From Deltaproteobacteria bacterium (GTDB taxonomy: Bacteria > Desulfobacterota > DSM-4660 > Desulfatiglandales > HGW-15), in contig JAFGDM010000061.1 in NCBI GenBank assembly GCA_016932115.1, positions 1 to 44,962 on the forward strand: 44,962 nt of DNA, read 5' to 3'. The position numbers and the translations under genes are program-made. Positions 1-10,000 of this stretch are shown here, one piece after another. The notes below the pieces were generated by a model. It had not been told where the DNA came from, ran no database searches, and saw only the letters and a list, made by a program, of their open reading frames with translations. The number at the start of each line of letters is the position of its first letter. Positions within the stretch are counted from its first letter, which is position 1.

Positions 1-19
1 ATAACACGGCGATGTGGCT

Positions 20-99
20 TCTTCGTTTTTGAGTTTTAAGAGGGACCCCCATGCTCACAGCTGCCGACTTCAGCATTTCAAACAGCTTAATTGTTACAA
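20..99. repeat. Dispersed intergenic repeat, copy 1 (copy 2 at 22807-22881)
   Basis: 20-55 TCTTCGTTTTTGAGTTTTAAGAGGGACCCCCATGCT matches 22807-22842 at 31/36 nt; 85-99 GCTTAATTGTTACAA matches 22867-22881 at 13/15 nt. Confidence 0.75.
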
Positions 100-137
100 C
101 ACTGCCGTATTTAGGAAGAGAACTTTGAGAGACCGCA

Positions 138-362
138 CTATGGTGGGTCTAGAAATCCACCCATTTGCTTTAGAAGCGTCTCGGCTGTTTGAAGAGCTTT
201 TTCGCCGTGCTTCTGCGTGATCAATTCCCTGCCCGCACTTGATTTCAAGGTAATGCCCAATATTGCCCGCAGCAGAATCCTTTCCTTTTTTCCCAGCATG
301 TAAAGTTCTCCTGTTTCACCCTTAAAACCTATGGATTCACTTTTTTTATTATCCATGTCCAT
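138..362 (-). CDS. Small hypothetical protein
   Basis: 74 aa ORF with helical, protein-like composition (KERILLRAILGITLKS...AETLLKQMGG); no family recognised. Confidence 0.5.
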   Translation of the reverse strand: MDMDNKKSESIGFKGETGELYMLGKKERILLRAILGITLKSSAGRELITQKHGEKALQTAETLLKQMGGFLDPP

Positions 363-635
363 GCCTTTCTAAGAATCTTGACGAAAGGATTTACTCTCGG
401 GCGCCTTCATGTATGATACTGAAAGCTGAATATTCCATAGAGTATGGATAACCAAGCCACACCCCGGTGTCAATCTATTTGAAACTCTTTGGTCTTTTCC
501 AGCTTGTTTACACATGGGATCTTTAAAAATATCGCGCTCTTTCATGTCTTTGTTGCTTTGAAAACGTCGAGACCTCTTTGTTTCAAATCTCGATAGCATA
601 CTCCTCGGGTAGAATATACTGGAAAATGTGCACTA

Positions 636-677
636 AATTGTAAAATAGTTTTACAACTGTAAAATTATTTTACAATT
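636..677. promoter_or_regulatory. Tandem palindromes, putative enhancer (UAS) for a sigma54 activator
   Basis: TTGTAAAA-TAG-TTTTACAA (638-656) directly followed by CTGTAAAA-TTA-TTTTACAA (657-675), about 200 bp upstream of a sigma54 promoter. Confidence 0.6.
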
Positions 678-861
678 CATCCCTATTCACACTCCTCTTT
701 GGTGCTTGAGTTTCAGCTTTGCCCTTTGTTGTCAGCCTCTTTTTTCGCTCGGAATTTAAACGAACAATTTATGTGTTTTCGAATGGATATCGGCTTAATC
801 CTTTCTTTTCTGCCGCTGTTTCGGGAATAAAGTACGCCTCCCTTACAAAGACAAAATTCTC

Positions 862-878
862 TTGGCACTTTTCTTGCT
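862..878 (+). promoter_or_regulatory. sigma54 (RpoN) -24/-12 promoter of the minor pilin operon
   Basis: TTGGCACTTTTCTTGCT: GG at 864-865 and GC at 876-877 separated by exactly 10 nt, matching TGGCAC-N5-TTGC; about 60 nt upstream of the fimT ATG. Confidence 0.8.
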
Positions 879-939
879 CGATCAGCTTGCAAAACCTGGT
901 TATGGAGAAGCAACGCGGTCTTTTTTTGATGGAGTCAAT

Positions 940-1491
940 ATGAAAAGGACACAGGGTTCGCCCGTTTCTGGTTTTACCATGATCGAAGTCTTGGTTGTCA
1001 TAATTATCCTTGCGATTCTCTCAAGCCTTGCCATACCGGGCTTTTCAAGTTGGCTTCCGAATTACCGGCTAAAGGGTGCAGTCCGAGACCTCTACTCAAA
1101 CCTCCAGCTTGCAAAGAGTGGGGCGATAAAAGAGAGAGGTGAATGGGCGATTGTTTTCGACGCGGGGACAAACAGCTATCAGATCGTAAGTGGAGGCGCC
1201 GACAGGGTTTACAGTAACGGAGGTGATGACGTGGAATATAAAACAGTGACCCTTCCGGACTATGGAAGCGAGGTTTCGTTCGGCGCCGGAAGCGCGACGG
1301 CCCCGGTGGGTGAAGGTTCAATAACACCCATTCCTTCAAAACCCATAATTTTTAATTCAAGAGGAATCACTACGGATGAAGAACAGATCTTTGCTTACAT
1401 TACGAACAGCAGAAATACGTCTTATGCTGTAGGGGCCTGGGCATCCGGGTCGGTGATCCTCAGAAAATGGAATGGGTCGGATTGGCAATGA
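940..1491 (+). CDS. fimT: Type IV minor pilin FimT/FimU (GspH family)
   Basis: Prepilin motif SG|FTMIEVLVVIIILAIL with E5, then LQLAKSGAIK; start moved to ATG 940 (GGAG SD at 931-934) because TTG 862 lies inside the sigma54 promoter. Confidence 0.85.
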   Translation: MKRTQGSPVSGFTMIEVLVVIIILAILSSLAIPGFSSWLPNYRLKGAVRDLYSNLQLAKSGAIKERGEWAIVFDAGTNSYQIVSGGADRVYSNGGDDVEYKTVTLPDYGSEVSFGAGSATAPVGEGSITPIPSKPIIFNSRGITTDEEQIFAYITNSRNTSYAVGAWASGSVILRKWNGSDWQ

Positions 1492-1545
1492 TAATGCTCA
1501 CCATGAAATCCAAAATTTCACGATGGTTTGTTCAGCAGTCAAGGC

Positions 1546-1600
1546 TGACGAAGTTGTAAAAAGTCAGAAACCACCCTTTTTGTCATTTCCGCGAAGGGGA
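1546..1600. repeat. Degenerate REP-like/MITE remnant
   Basis: TGACGAAGTTGTAAAAAGTCA...TGTCATTTCCGCGAAGGGG resembles the GTCATTCCCGCGAAGGCGGGAATCC-type repeats recalled from deltaproteobacteria; only one arm is present. Confidence 0.35.
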
Positions 1601-1683
1601 AAAAGAGGAGCATTTTCATGCTTTCAGGTGACACAAATCCGGTTGGGAGCGTTAAGAAACGCATCCATAAAGAGGAAAGAGAG

Positions 1684-2607
1684 ATGAAACGAAAAGCCGA
1701 ATCCGGGTTCACCCTTGTCGAACTCCTGGTGGCCATCGCCCTGGGGATTGTCATCCTGGCCGGGCTCTACCAGACTTTCCGGACCCAACACGACAGCTAC
1801 ATCGTTCAAGACCAGGTAGCAGCCATGCAGCAAAACCTGAGGGCCGCCATGTATATGATCACCCGGGACCTCCAGATGGCCGGCTGGTACAGCAACTTTG
1901 ACAGAAGCAATCACAGTATAGACCCCGCAGGACTGAATATGAACGGAAAACCTCTAATTTTCTCAACGCCGCCTGGTACTGCAGGCAACATAAAGGACGG
2001 CACAGACGCTCTCGCAATTGTAAAGGCAGGAGACGGGCCGAGAGAACTTGCAGCAGGGGAGTGGGCAAGGGGAACAACTCTCAGTTTTGATCTGAGTGCC
2101 AGCGGGCTGAACACAGGGAGCAGAAAATACGGGCTTCTGGTAAAAAATGATCTTCGCACCGGCGACTTTTTCGACGTGACACAACCAAACCTGAGTGAAA
2201 ATTACGTTGCGCCCGACGATATGGTTTTTAGAGCGGACGTCATCATTTACAAAATCAGCAACGATGCGACAACCGGTCAGCCGATTCTCTACAGAAAAAA
2301 TTTAGGAAACGACAACGGATATCAGCCTGTGGCGGAAAACATCGACAATATGCAGGTGAGCTATCAGATTCTCAATCCCAAGACAAAAAATCTGGAATGG
2401 GTAAACACGTTGGACGCCAAGAACCAGGGCCAGGTCAGATCCGTGGAAGTGGTTCTCGTGGGTAGAACGGCGCATCGTCAGAGAGGCTACACTGACACGA
2501 ACACCTATGCTTTCCCTAATGACCCGGATGCAAACTACACTCCTAATGACCATTACCGAAGAAAAACTTTCAGCACAATCGTGAAGACGAGAAATGTGGG
2601 GCTATAA
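1684..2607 (+). CDS. pilW: Type IV minor pilin PilW
   Basis: SG|FTLVELLVAIALGIVIL, QQNLRAAMYMITRDLQMAG, AENIDNMQVSY and a C-terminal VKTRN; start at ATG 1684 after GAGGAAAGAGAG. Confidence 0.85.
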   Translation: MKRKAESGFTLVELLVAIALGIVILAGLYQTFRTQHDSYIVQDQVAAMQQNLRAAMYMITRDLQMAGWYSNFDRSNHSIDPAGLNMNGKPLIFSTPPGTAGNIKDGTDALAIVKAGDGPRELAAGEWARGTTLSFDLSASGLNTGSRKYGLLVKNDLRTGDFFDVTQPNLSENYVAPDDMVFRADVIIYKISNDATTGQPILYRKNLGNDNGYQPVAENIDNMQVSYQILNPKTKNLEWVNTLDAKNQGQVRSVEVVLVGRTAHRQRGYTDTNTYAFPNDPDANYTPNDHYRRKTFSTIVKTRNVGL

Positions 2608-2609
2608 CC

Positions 2610-3071
2610 ATGAATAGACAAATGCTTAAAGATTGGCGGTTTTCTCTCTTCAATCGAAAAGACCGGGGGGATAGGAAATTCTCTACGCGAAACCAGGAAG
2701 GATGGACGCTTATAGAAATCCTAGTGGCCGTCGTCATTCTCACGGTGGGACTTCTGGGTGTGGGAACCATGCAGATCAGCGCCATCCGAGGGAATTTCAT
2801 GGGCGGGAACACCAGTATTGCCCTTACTCTTGCAAGCCAGAAGATGGAAGACTTGCTGAACCGCGACTTCGATGATGATGTTCTTGCCGCCGAAGAGCAT
2901 GAAGAAAACGTGGATGACAGCGGGGTTATAAGCGCAGAAGGCTTCTATCACAGGACCTGGAACATCGAGGACACAGCCGATCCATGGCCTACCATGAAAG
3001 AGATCACCGTGATCGTATCCTGGGAGAACGACCGACACCGAGTCACCCTATCCAGCATGAGGAGACCATGA
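2610..3071 (+). CDS. pilV: Type IV minor pilin PilV
   Basis: EG|WTLIEILVAVVILTVGLLGVGTMQISAI, ASQKMEDL and KEITVIVSW; gene order between pilW and pilX. Confidence 0.85.
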   Translation: MNRQMLKDWRFSLFNRKDRGDRKFSTRNQEGWTLIEILVAVVILTVGLLGVGTMQISAIRGNFMGGNTSIALTLASQKMEDLLNRDFDDDVLAAEEHEENVDDSGVISAEGFYHRTWNIEDTADPWPTMKEITVIVSWENDRHRVTLSSMRRP

Positions 3072-3592
3072 AGAGCTCAAAAAACCAAAAAATGAAAATA
3101 GCTTGCCGCAGACTGGGAAACGAGGAAGGCAACGTGCTGATAACTGCATTTATTTTCCTGGTTATTCTGACACTGATCGGAATTTTCGCGACGCGCACCG
3201 CGCAAATGGACCTGCAGATTGCTTCCAATGAGATCCCATACAAGCGCAATTTCTATATTGCGGAAGGCGGGCTTTACCGGGAAGCGGCAGAGCTCGGACG
3301 AGGCAACTATCCTGTAAATCCGGTAACGCCCAACAACCCGCTCGCTCGGCGCGGTTACAGCCAGGATCCGGTCGGCGAGCTTCCTGAGCCCACTGTGGTG
3401 GTCTCCTCAGTGAAACACCATAGCGTTTTTGACGAGACATACGATTTCACCGTGAATTATCTAGGGGCGTTTCTTCCGCCCGCCGGGTATTCGGCCATTC
3501 ATTTCGTGCGCTATGACTATAACGTAGACGCCACGGCCAATAATGTTTTAGTGGATTCAAGGCTCTATAAAATAGGACCAAAAGCAGAATGA
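3068..3592 (+). CDS. pilX: Type IV minor pilin PilX
   Basis: EEG|NVLITAFIFLVILTLIG (no E5, typical of PilX) and NFYIAEGG; ATGA overlap with the pilV stop. Confidence 0.8.
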   Translation: MKSSKNQKMKIACRRLGNEEGNVLITAFIFLVILTLIGIFATRTAQMDLQIASNEIPYKRNFYIAEGGLYREAAELGRGNYPVNPVTPNNPLARRGYSQDPVGELPEPTVVVSSVKHHSVFDETYDFTVNYLGAFLPPAGYSAIHFVRYDYNVDATANNVLVDSRLYKIGPKAE

Positions 3593-3606
3593 TAAGGGGT
3601 GCAGAC

Positions 3607-3954
3607 ATGAAGGTGAACCGTCACATAAAGATTATTATGATGGTGGTATTGGGAGGCTTTCTTTTGGCGGCCTCATGGAATTTCGCATCAGGGCGCGGCC
3701 TCAAGGCGTCGTGGGAAAGAGGCGAGGTTACAAAGGCGCCCTGGTCGGATCCTTCAAAGAACCTCCACATTGAGGTGGACGGCTATACATACACTTTTGT
3801 GTCTCCTAATGTCAGGCTTGAGCGGCATGTGAGGACGTCTGCGAATGAATGGTATGTTCGTGGTTTAACCATGCCGGAAATCCGGACAGGGGACCAGGTT
3901 CTCATCCGTGTTGCAGGACCCCACATCTACTACTTCGTCCTTGAAGAGAAGTAG
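3607..3954 (+). CDS. Small exported protein, possibly PilY2-like
   Basis: Signal peptide (MKVNRHIKIIMMVVLGGFLLAASW), beta-rich body with IEVDGYTY and IRTGDQVLIRV; lies inside the pil operon; alternative start 3589. Confidence 0.6.
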   Translation: MKVNRHIKIIMMVVLGGFLLAASWNFASGRGLKASWERGEVTKAPWSDPSKNLHIEVDGYTYTFVSPNVRLERHVRTSANEWYVRGLTMPEIRTGDQVLIRVAGPHIYYFVLEEK

Positions 3955-4067
3955 AGGAAAAATGTGAGATGGTCAAAGCATTTTTAACCAATGAAACTTA
4001 CCGGGCTCAAAAACCCATGTACCATAAAGCGACACCCTAGAGAGGGGGTATGGGAGGAGAGATAACC

Positions 4068-7000
4068 ATGATACCTAACATTAAGGAAGGGATCGTGAAC
4101 AAGAATAGCAAACCGAGAAGATATGGAAGACTAGTCGCGTATCTTCTTTTTAGCGTGTTTCCTACATTTTTCTGCTTGGGTAAAGCTACATACGCTCATG
4201 CGTCTTATTCTGTTGTCGTTTCCTCTCCGGGTGCCGGATTTGGCGGCACAACAGATAAGGAGGGCGTCAATACAGTGGAAGAAGGAGGCTCGATCACAAT
4301 TGCCCCGACGGCCGACTCAGGTTACGTATTTTCGGGCTGGACAGGGGACATCTCTAATGGCGATAACCCATTGACCATTAGTCCGGTAACGCGAGACTAT
4401 ACTCTTAACGCAAATTTCCAGAAGATCAATTACACTCTGACAATATCTGTGGGCACCGGGAGCGGCTCTGTGGCCCCTTCATCAGGGACGACCTACGTGT
4501 ACGATCAGGGTCTTTCGGTGAACGCGACGCCTGCGGCAGGATGGAAGTTCGTGAACTGGACGGGGGACACAGAGAACCTGCTTGATCCCAACTCTCCCAG
4601 CACCTCCATGAAAAATCCGACCATGGCTGATACAACTATTAAGGCCAACTTCAGTCTTATCGAGTATACTCTTTCTGTCACATCTGCCGGGGGCACCGGT
4701 GGGGCTGCGGACAGGGTCAGCGTGGTTCCGAGTCAGGCGACCTATCACTACGGTGACACGGTGCAGCTCACGGCAAACCCTCAAACGGGTGAATCCTTCG
4801 GTTCGTGGAGCGGGGATCTCACGGGGAGCACCAACCCTAATTCCATAATTATCAACGGCAACAAGAGCGTCACTGCCAATTTCGCTTATATCGAATACGC
4901 CCTAGATGTTAAGATGATAGGAAGTGGAAACGGAGCAGTGACAAAGTCTCCCAACCAAACAACATACCATTACGGTGACATCGTTTCCCTCTCTGCCGTT
5001 GCGTCTGCCGATTCGGTTTTCATCGGGTTTGACGGAGACTTAAGCGGGATCACCCCGATTCAACTCACAATCGATTCAAACAAAAGTGTGAGTGCCTTAT
5101 TTCAAGCGCTGCGAACAGTGACGATCACCAATCCCGGCTCCGGTACAGGTACGATTAATGTTTCCGTCATTCCGTCCAACCTTACAGGCGGTTCCAAGAC
5201 TATTCCGGCAATTGGTGGTCTCATCATAAACGTGGCTGAAGGAGACAATGTTAGCCTGAGCGGCAGGACGGCTGCCGGGGGCTCGGTGTTTATCGCAGCA
5301 GGCAGTGACCTTGCAGATCCTGACAGTTTTGTTATTTCCAGCAGCAATGTGACCCGTACCGCCATCTTCCAGTTGACCAGAACCCTGGTTATCACCAATC
5401 CCGGCAGCGGCAGCGGCACAGTGGATGTGGCAGTGTCTCCCTCGGGGCTTTCAATAGGGGCGGGGCAGAGTGTGCCTGCAGGTGGAAGTATGTCCCTGAC
5501 GGTGGCCGATGGCGACACGGTGGATGTTACCAATCCTACTGGTGCGGGCGGATCCGTATTCGTCGCTGCGAGCAGCGGCGTGCCGGCAAAAATCGTGATC
5601 AGCGGTGATCCTGATTCAAGAGCCGCCGTTTTTGAATTGAGGCGCACCATCACTGTAACCAACCCCGGTTTGGGAAGCGGTACGGTTTCGGTCGATTCCT
5701 GCGACCCTTCCGGGCTTGAAGCAGGAAAGAGCTTGGCCATCGGGCCCGGGGGAAGCATTGTTTTCAATGTTGCCCAAAACGACACGGTTTCGCTCAGCGC
5801 AGCTCCGGCCGGTACGGATGATTATTTTGAAGGATTTAACGGTGACTTGATGGGAAGATCGCCTATTGCCCCCTCTATCGAGGTAGACGGGAATGAGAAC
5901 GTTACGGCGACCTTCAAGAAAGGGCTTGTCCTGACTATTGAGTGGGTAGGGATCGGTACCGGCACCGTTACAGCCGGCGACAAGGGTGGAATTTTGCCCT
6001 TATCGCCGTTTGATGGAGGTTCTTCTTCGGGCACTAAGGGCACTACGGTGTCTTATGTGTGCCTCGAAGGGGATGTTATTCACCTGGAGGCAACCGATTC
6101 CTATATTACCGACCCTCCTACATCAGGTTCACTATTTAAAAGCTGGGGTGGTGATGCCGGCGGTTCGGGCTACGGCATCGACATCACCATGAACGGGGAC
6201 AAGAGGGTTACAGTCGATTTCAACGCTACATATACTCTTGTTGTCGGCAAGGGTGGAACAGGAGCGGGCCGGGGCACTGTGAACCCCGAGCCGGGCACAT
6301 ATCTATATGAGGCCGGGGAGGAGATTTCTCTTTCCGCTGCCGACATAGACCCCACAGCGGACAGTACAGGGTGCGAATTCGAGAACTGGACCGTCAACGG
6401 TGTGTTCCATTCCGGAGAAAAGGTTACCTCCCTGAGCATCTCCGGAAACCTGTCCGTAATAGGAAATTTTATCGGCAAATACATGATCACATCCCTTGCC
6501 AGGGATGGAGGGAGCATCACTCCAAGCGGGGCTACAGTTAAGGTTTACGGCGAGAGCCAGAGCTACACCATCACTCCAAACACGGGTTACGTAATCTCAG
6601 ATGTGGTTATAGATGGTTTTTCTCAGGGCTCAATGGCCGGATACACATTCAACAATCTCAGCGCCAATCACAAAATCGTGGCCGTCTTCGTGCTGGAGAG
6701 CGACTACATAAACGATGTAAACGCCGGAGACGACCAGATCTACGCAACCAGTGTGCCGCCCCTTGTTCTGATGGTCATGGGCCGAAACCACAAACTATAC
6801 TACGAAGCGTACAACGATGCATCCGACTTGAATGGCGACGGCACACTGGACGTGGGGTACAACCCCACCATCGACTACTACGGGTATTTCGACTCCTACA
6901 AAGTCTACAAGTATGATACGGTGAACAATCGCTTCCATCCTTACAAATACACTAGCAACAAGAAGGTTGATCCGAATGCAACGGATGAGTGGAGCGGGGA

Positions 7001-10000
7001 TTTCCTCAACTATGTAACCATGTCCAGAATTGATGTGTTGAGAAAGGTGCTCTACGGCGGGTATCGTTCCGTGGACACGGCCGGTGAGACGGAGCTTATG
7101 AGGTCTTACATCCCGCAGGATGCCCACTCCTGGGGCAAGGAGTATGAAAGCATCGATCGCGATAAATATGACATCCGGGAGTACACTCCTTACGGTCTGC
7201 CGGTGAACGGCACAAGGCACCTTTTTGCCAATACCACGCTGCCGGTGGACCCCAATGTTAACGATCCCCAGCCGAATCTCAATCGTCCCATGCTGCGGGT
7301 GCTCAATGACAGCAAATATCGTATTTGGGAGTGGGTTTCAATTGAGCGGCCCGTTGCCGGAGACAAATGCGTCGACGGTACAATCGGGCCTAATTGCGCA
7401 ACTGAGGCCGTGGCCGCAGGATTACATCCCGGCCACCCGGCCAATGCTCTTGAATTCCAGGCTCTAGTGAATGAGTACGCGGTCCCGGAAAAACAAGATC
7501 CTACTAAGCCCGGGTATGGAACAACCAGCGCTTCGCTCATCGACGGGGAGGGGAATCCCTCAGGGGATAATTATGACCCTTATGACGCAGATGCAAGTGA
7601 TCAAAAAAATTATCTTACCGTATTCAGGGGTTATCTCGCGCCGACGACGGCGGGGAATTATTATTTTGCCGTGGACGGCGGAAATGCCGTGGAAGTCCTC
7701 ATAAACGGCGCTGTTGTGGCCGGCAAGTATGGGAGCAGCGGTAGGGCCGATGATCCGAAAATGCCTTATTCGAGCAGCAAAGTCCCCCTCTTCGCGGAAG
7801 CCAATACCGTGGAGTTCCGCCACGAAGTCGGCACCGGAGGCGGCAGCTACACCCTTTACTGGAAGGGGCCTGATTCCAAAAATTGGCAGGTGATCCCGGC
7901 AGAAAAGTTTACAGGCCTCGAACAATCCACCTATGAACTCCTCACTGAAGAGACGCCTGAGTCCATGATGACGGATTACGTCGTCAAGGTCTTGGTTTGC
8001 GATCCAAGCCTCCCTGAATCCAACAGCAAAAAGTATCCCTCGGGTGTCTCCAAACCCATTGGTCTCCTACAAAAATTCGGAGAGCCGGGGAAAATGTTCT
8101 TCGGCCTCCTGACAGGCACTTACGCAAACAATATTTCCGGCGGTGTTTTGCGGAAAAGAATGGGCACTGTGACGGATGAGATCGATACGAACACCGGAAG
8201 GTTCAGGTATAAATACGACGGCACCTACAGCAACGTTAATGGAGATATCATCAAAACGATTGATGGATTCCGGATAGCCGACTACTCGTACAAGTACTAT
8301 GCCTATGGGAATCCGGACACCGCCGCCTGGGCCACATCACGCAACGTGATGTCCGAGGGCGATTCCCCGGATTGGGGCAACCCCATTGCAGAGATGATGT
8401 ATGAGGGGCTCCGGTACTTTGCGGGCAAAAAGGCTCCTACGGGAGTATTCAATTACACTGAAGTATCGGGACCCGACACTCGGCTTGGACTTTCGAAGCC
8501 CGACTGGGACGATCCTTATGAGAGCAACCTGTGGTGCGCAAAACCTTTTATGCTGGTCCTTTCGGATATTAACCCCAATTTTGATTCGGACCAGTTGCCG
8601 GGTGCTGATGCCAATTTCATCGCTTCGAACTTCAGTGGAACGCTGGCATCATCCGATGCAACTCCCGAGAATCTAAATGTGGAGACGGTTGCAAATGACA
8701 TCACCGAGGCGGAAGGAGGACTTGACAGCCATTACATCGGCCAGGCAGGCGCGATTTTTGACAGCTCTTGCAGCCCCAAGGATTTGAGCGCCGATGGATT
8801 CGGCGCGATCCGTGGCCTGTGCCCTGAGGAGCCCACAAAACAGGGGAGTTATTACTCGGGGGCCGTGGCCTATTTCGGCCGGTTCCATGACATAAACCCT
8901 ATCATGGAAGAGCAGAGCGTGATCACCTACACGGTGGCCATGGCTTCGCCCCTTCCTCGAATCGAGATCCCTGTGGGCGGCAAAACCATCACCCTTGTTC
9001 CCTTTGGAAACTCTGTCCATGGTTGTCTTGGAGTCAACCCTACAGGAGGATATAACCCGGCGATCACGATTGTTGACTTCTACATCGAAGCCCTTTCCCC
9101 TACGAACGGAATTATAAGGATTAATTTCGCCGACATAGAACACGGCGGCTATCATGACCTGGACGCCATAGTTATTTATAGCTATCAGGTCTTGGACGCA
9201 CAGGGTGAACCGACAAACGTTCCGGATTCAGGTGAGTCCGTTCGCATCAGCCTACAGTCCGAATACGGTTCATCCTGCCTCACCATGCACGTAGGATACA
9301 TTATTTCCGGCACGACAGCGGACGGTACATATCTGGAGGTCAGGAGCATCAGCGTCCCGGATACGGAGGATATGGATTACTTCCTCGACACGCCCCCCGA
9401 TGGCTACACGCCCGGTTTGCCTCTCAGCACAACAAGGGTTTTCTATCCCGGAGAGACGGACGCAGCCACGCTGCTGAACGATCCTCTGTGGTATGCGGCC
9501 AAGTGGGGCGGGTTTACGGACTTGAACGACAACAAAATGCCCGACCTGGTAAGCGAATGGAGCCAGGACAGCGACGGTGTGCCGGACACCTATTTCTATG
9601 TGGTGAACCCTCTCAAGCTCGAACAGCAACTGACGAGGGCCTTTGTGGACATTTTGAGCCGGGGAGTCTCCCATGTGGCGCCGGCCGTCTCGGTCGACGA
9701 GCGTAACAGGATACAGAGCGGCGACAAGCTCTACATGGCCTTCTTCAAGCCGATCTCGGACAATTACTGGCGTGGAAACCTTAAAAAGTACGGGCTCGAG
9801 CTCCTTGAAAGATCCGATTGCGACCGGCCTGATAGGGAGTGGACGGTTGTGGATCAGGACGGCCTCATTGCAGGAGAATGCGATGGACTATTTAAGAGCA
9901 CCAGCCGTTCCTTCTGGTCGGAGGAAATGGACGGTGGGTATGTAGACCGGGGCGGCGCGGGAGGTAGGCTTCGGGATTCAATGCCGGGCTCCGACTCCGT

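Noticed and set aside
369-599. 76 aa minus-strand ORF
   Set aside because: The GAGGAG is only 1 nt from the ATG, the sequence is not protein-like, and no family is recognised
862-939. Longer TTG start for fimT given in the ORF track
   Set aside because: The TTG lies inside the sigma54 -24 box; ATG 940 has an SD and gives a normal short prepilin leader
5102-5785. 227 aa minus-strand ORF, and others antisense to pilY1 such as 10284-11315
   Set aside because: Shadow ORFs opposite a well-supported gene; no motifs
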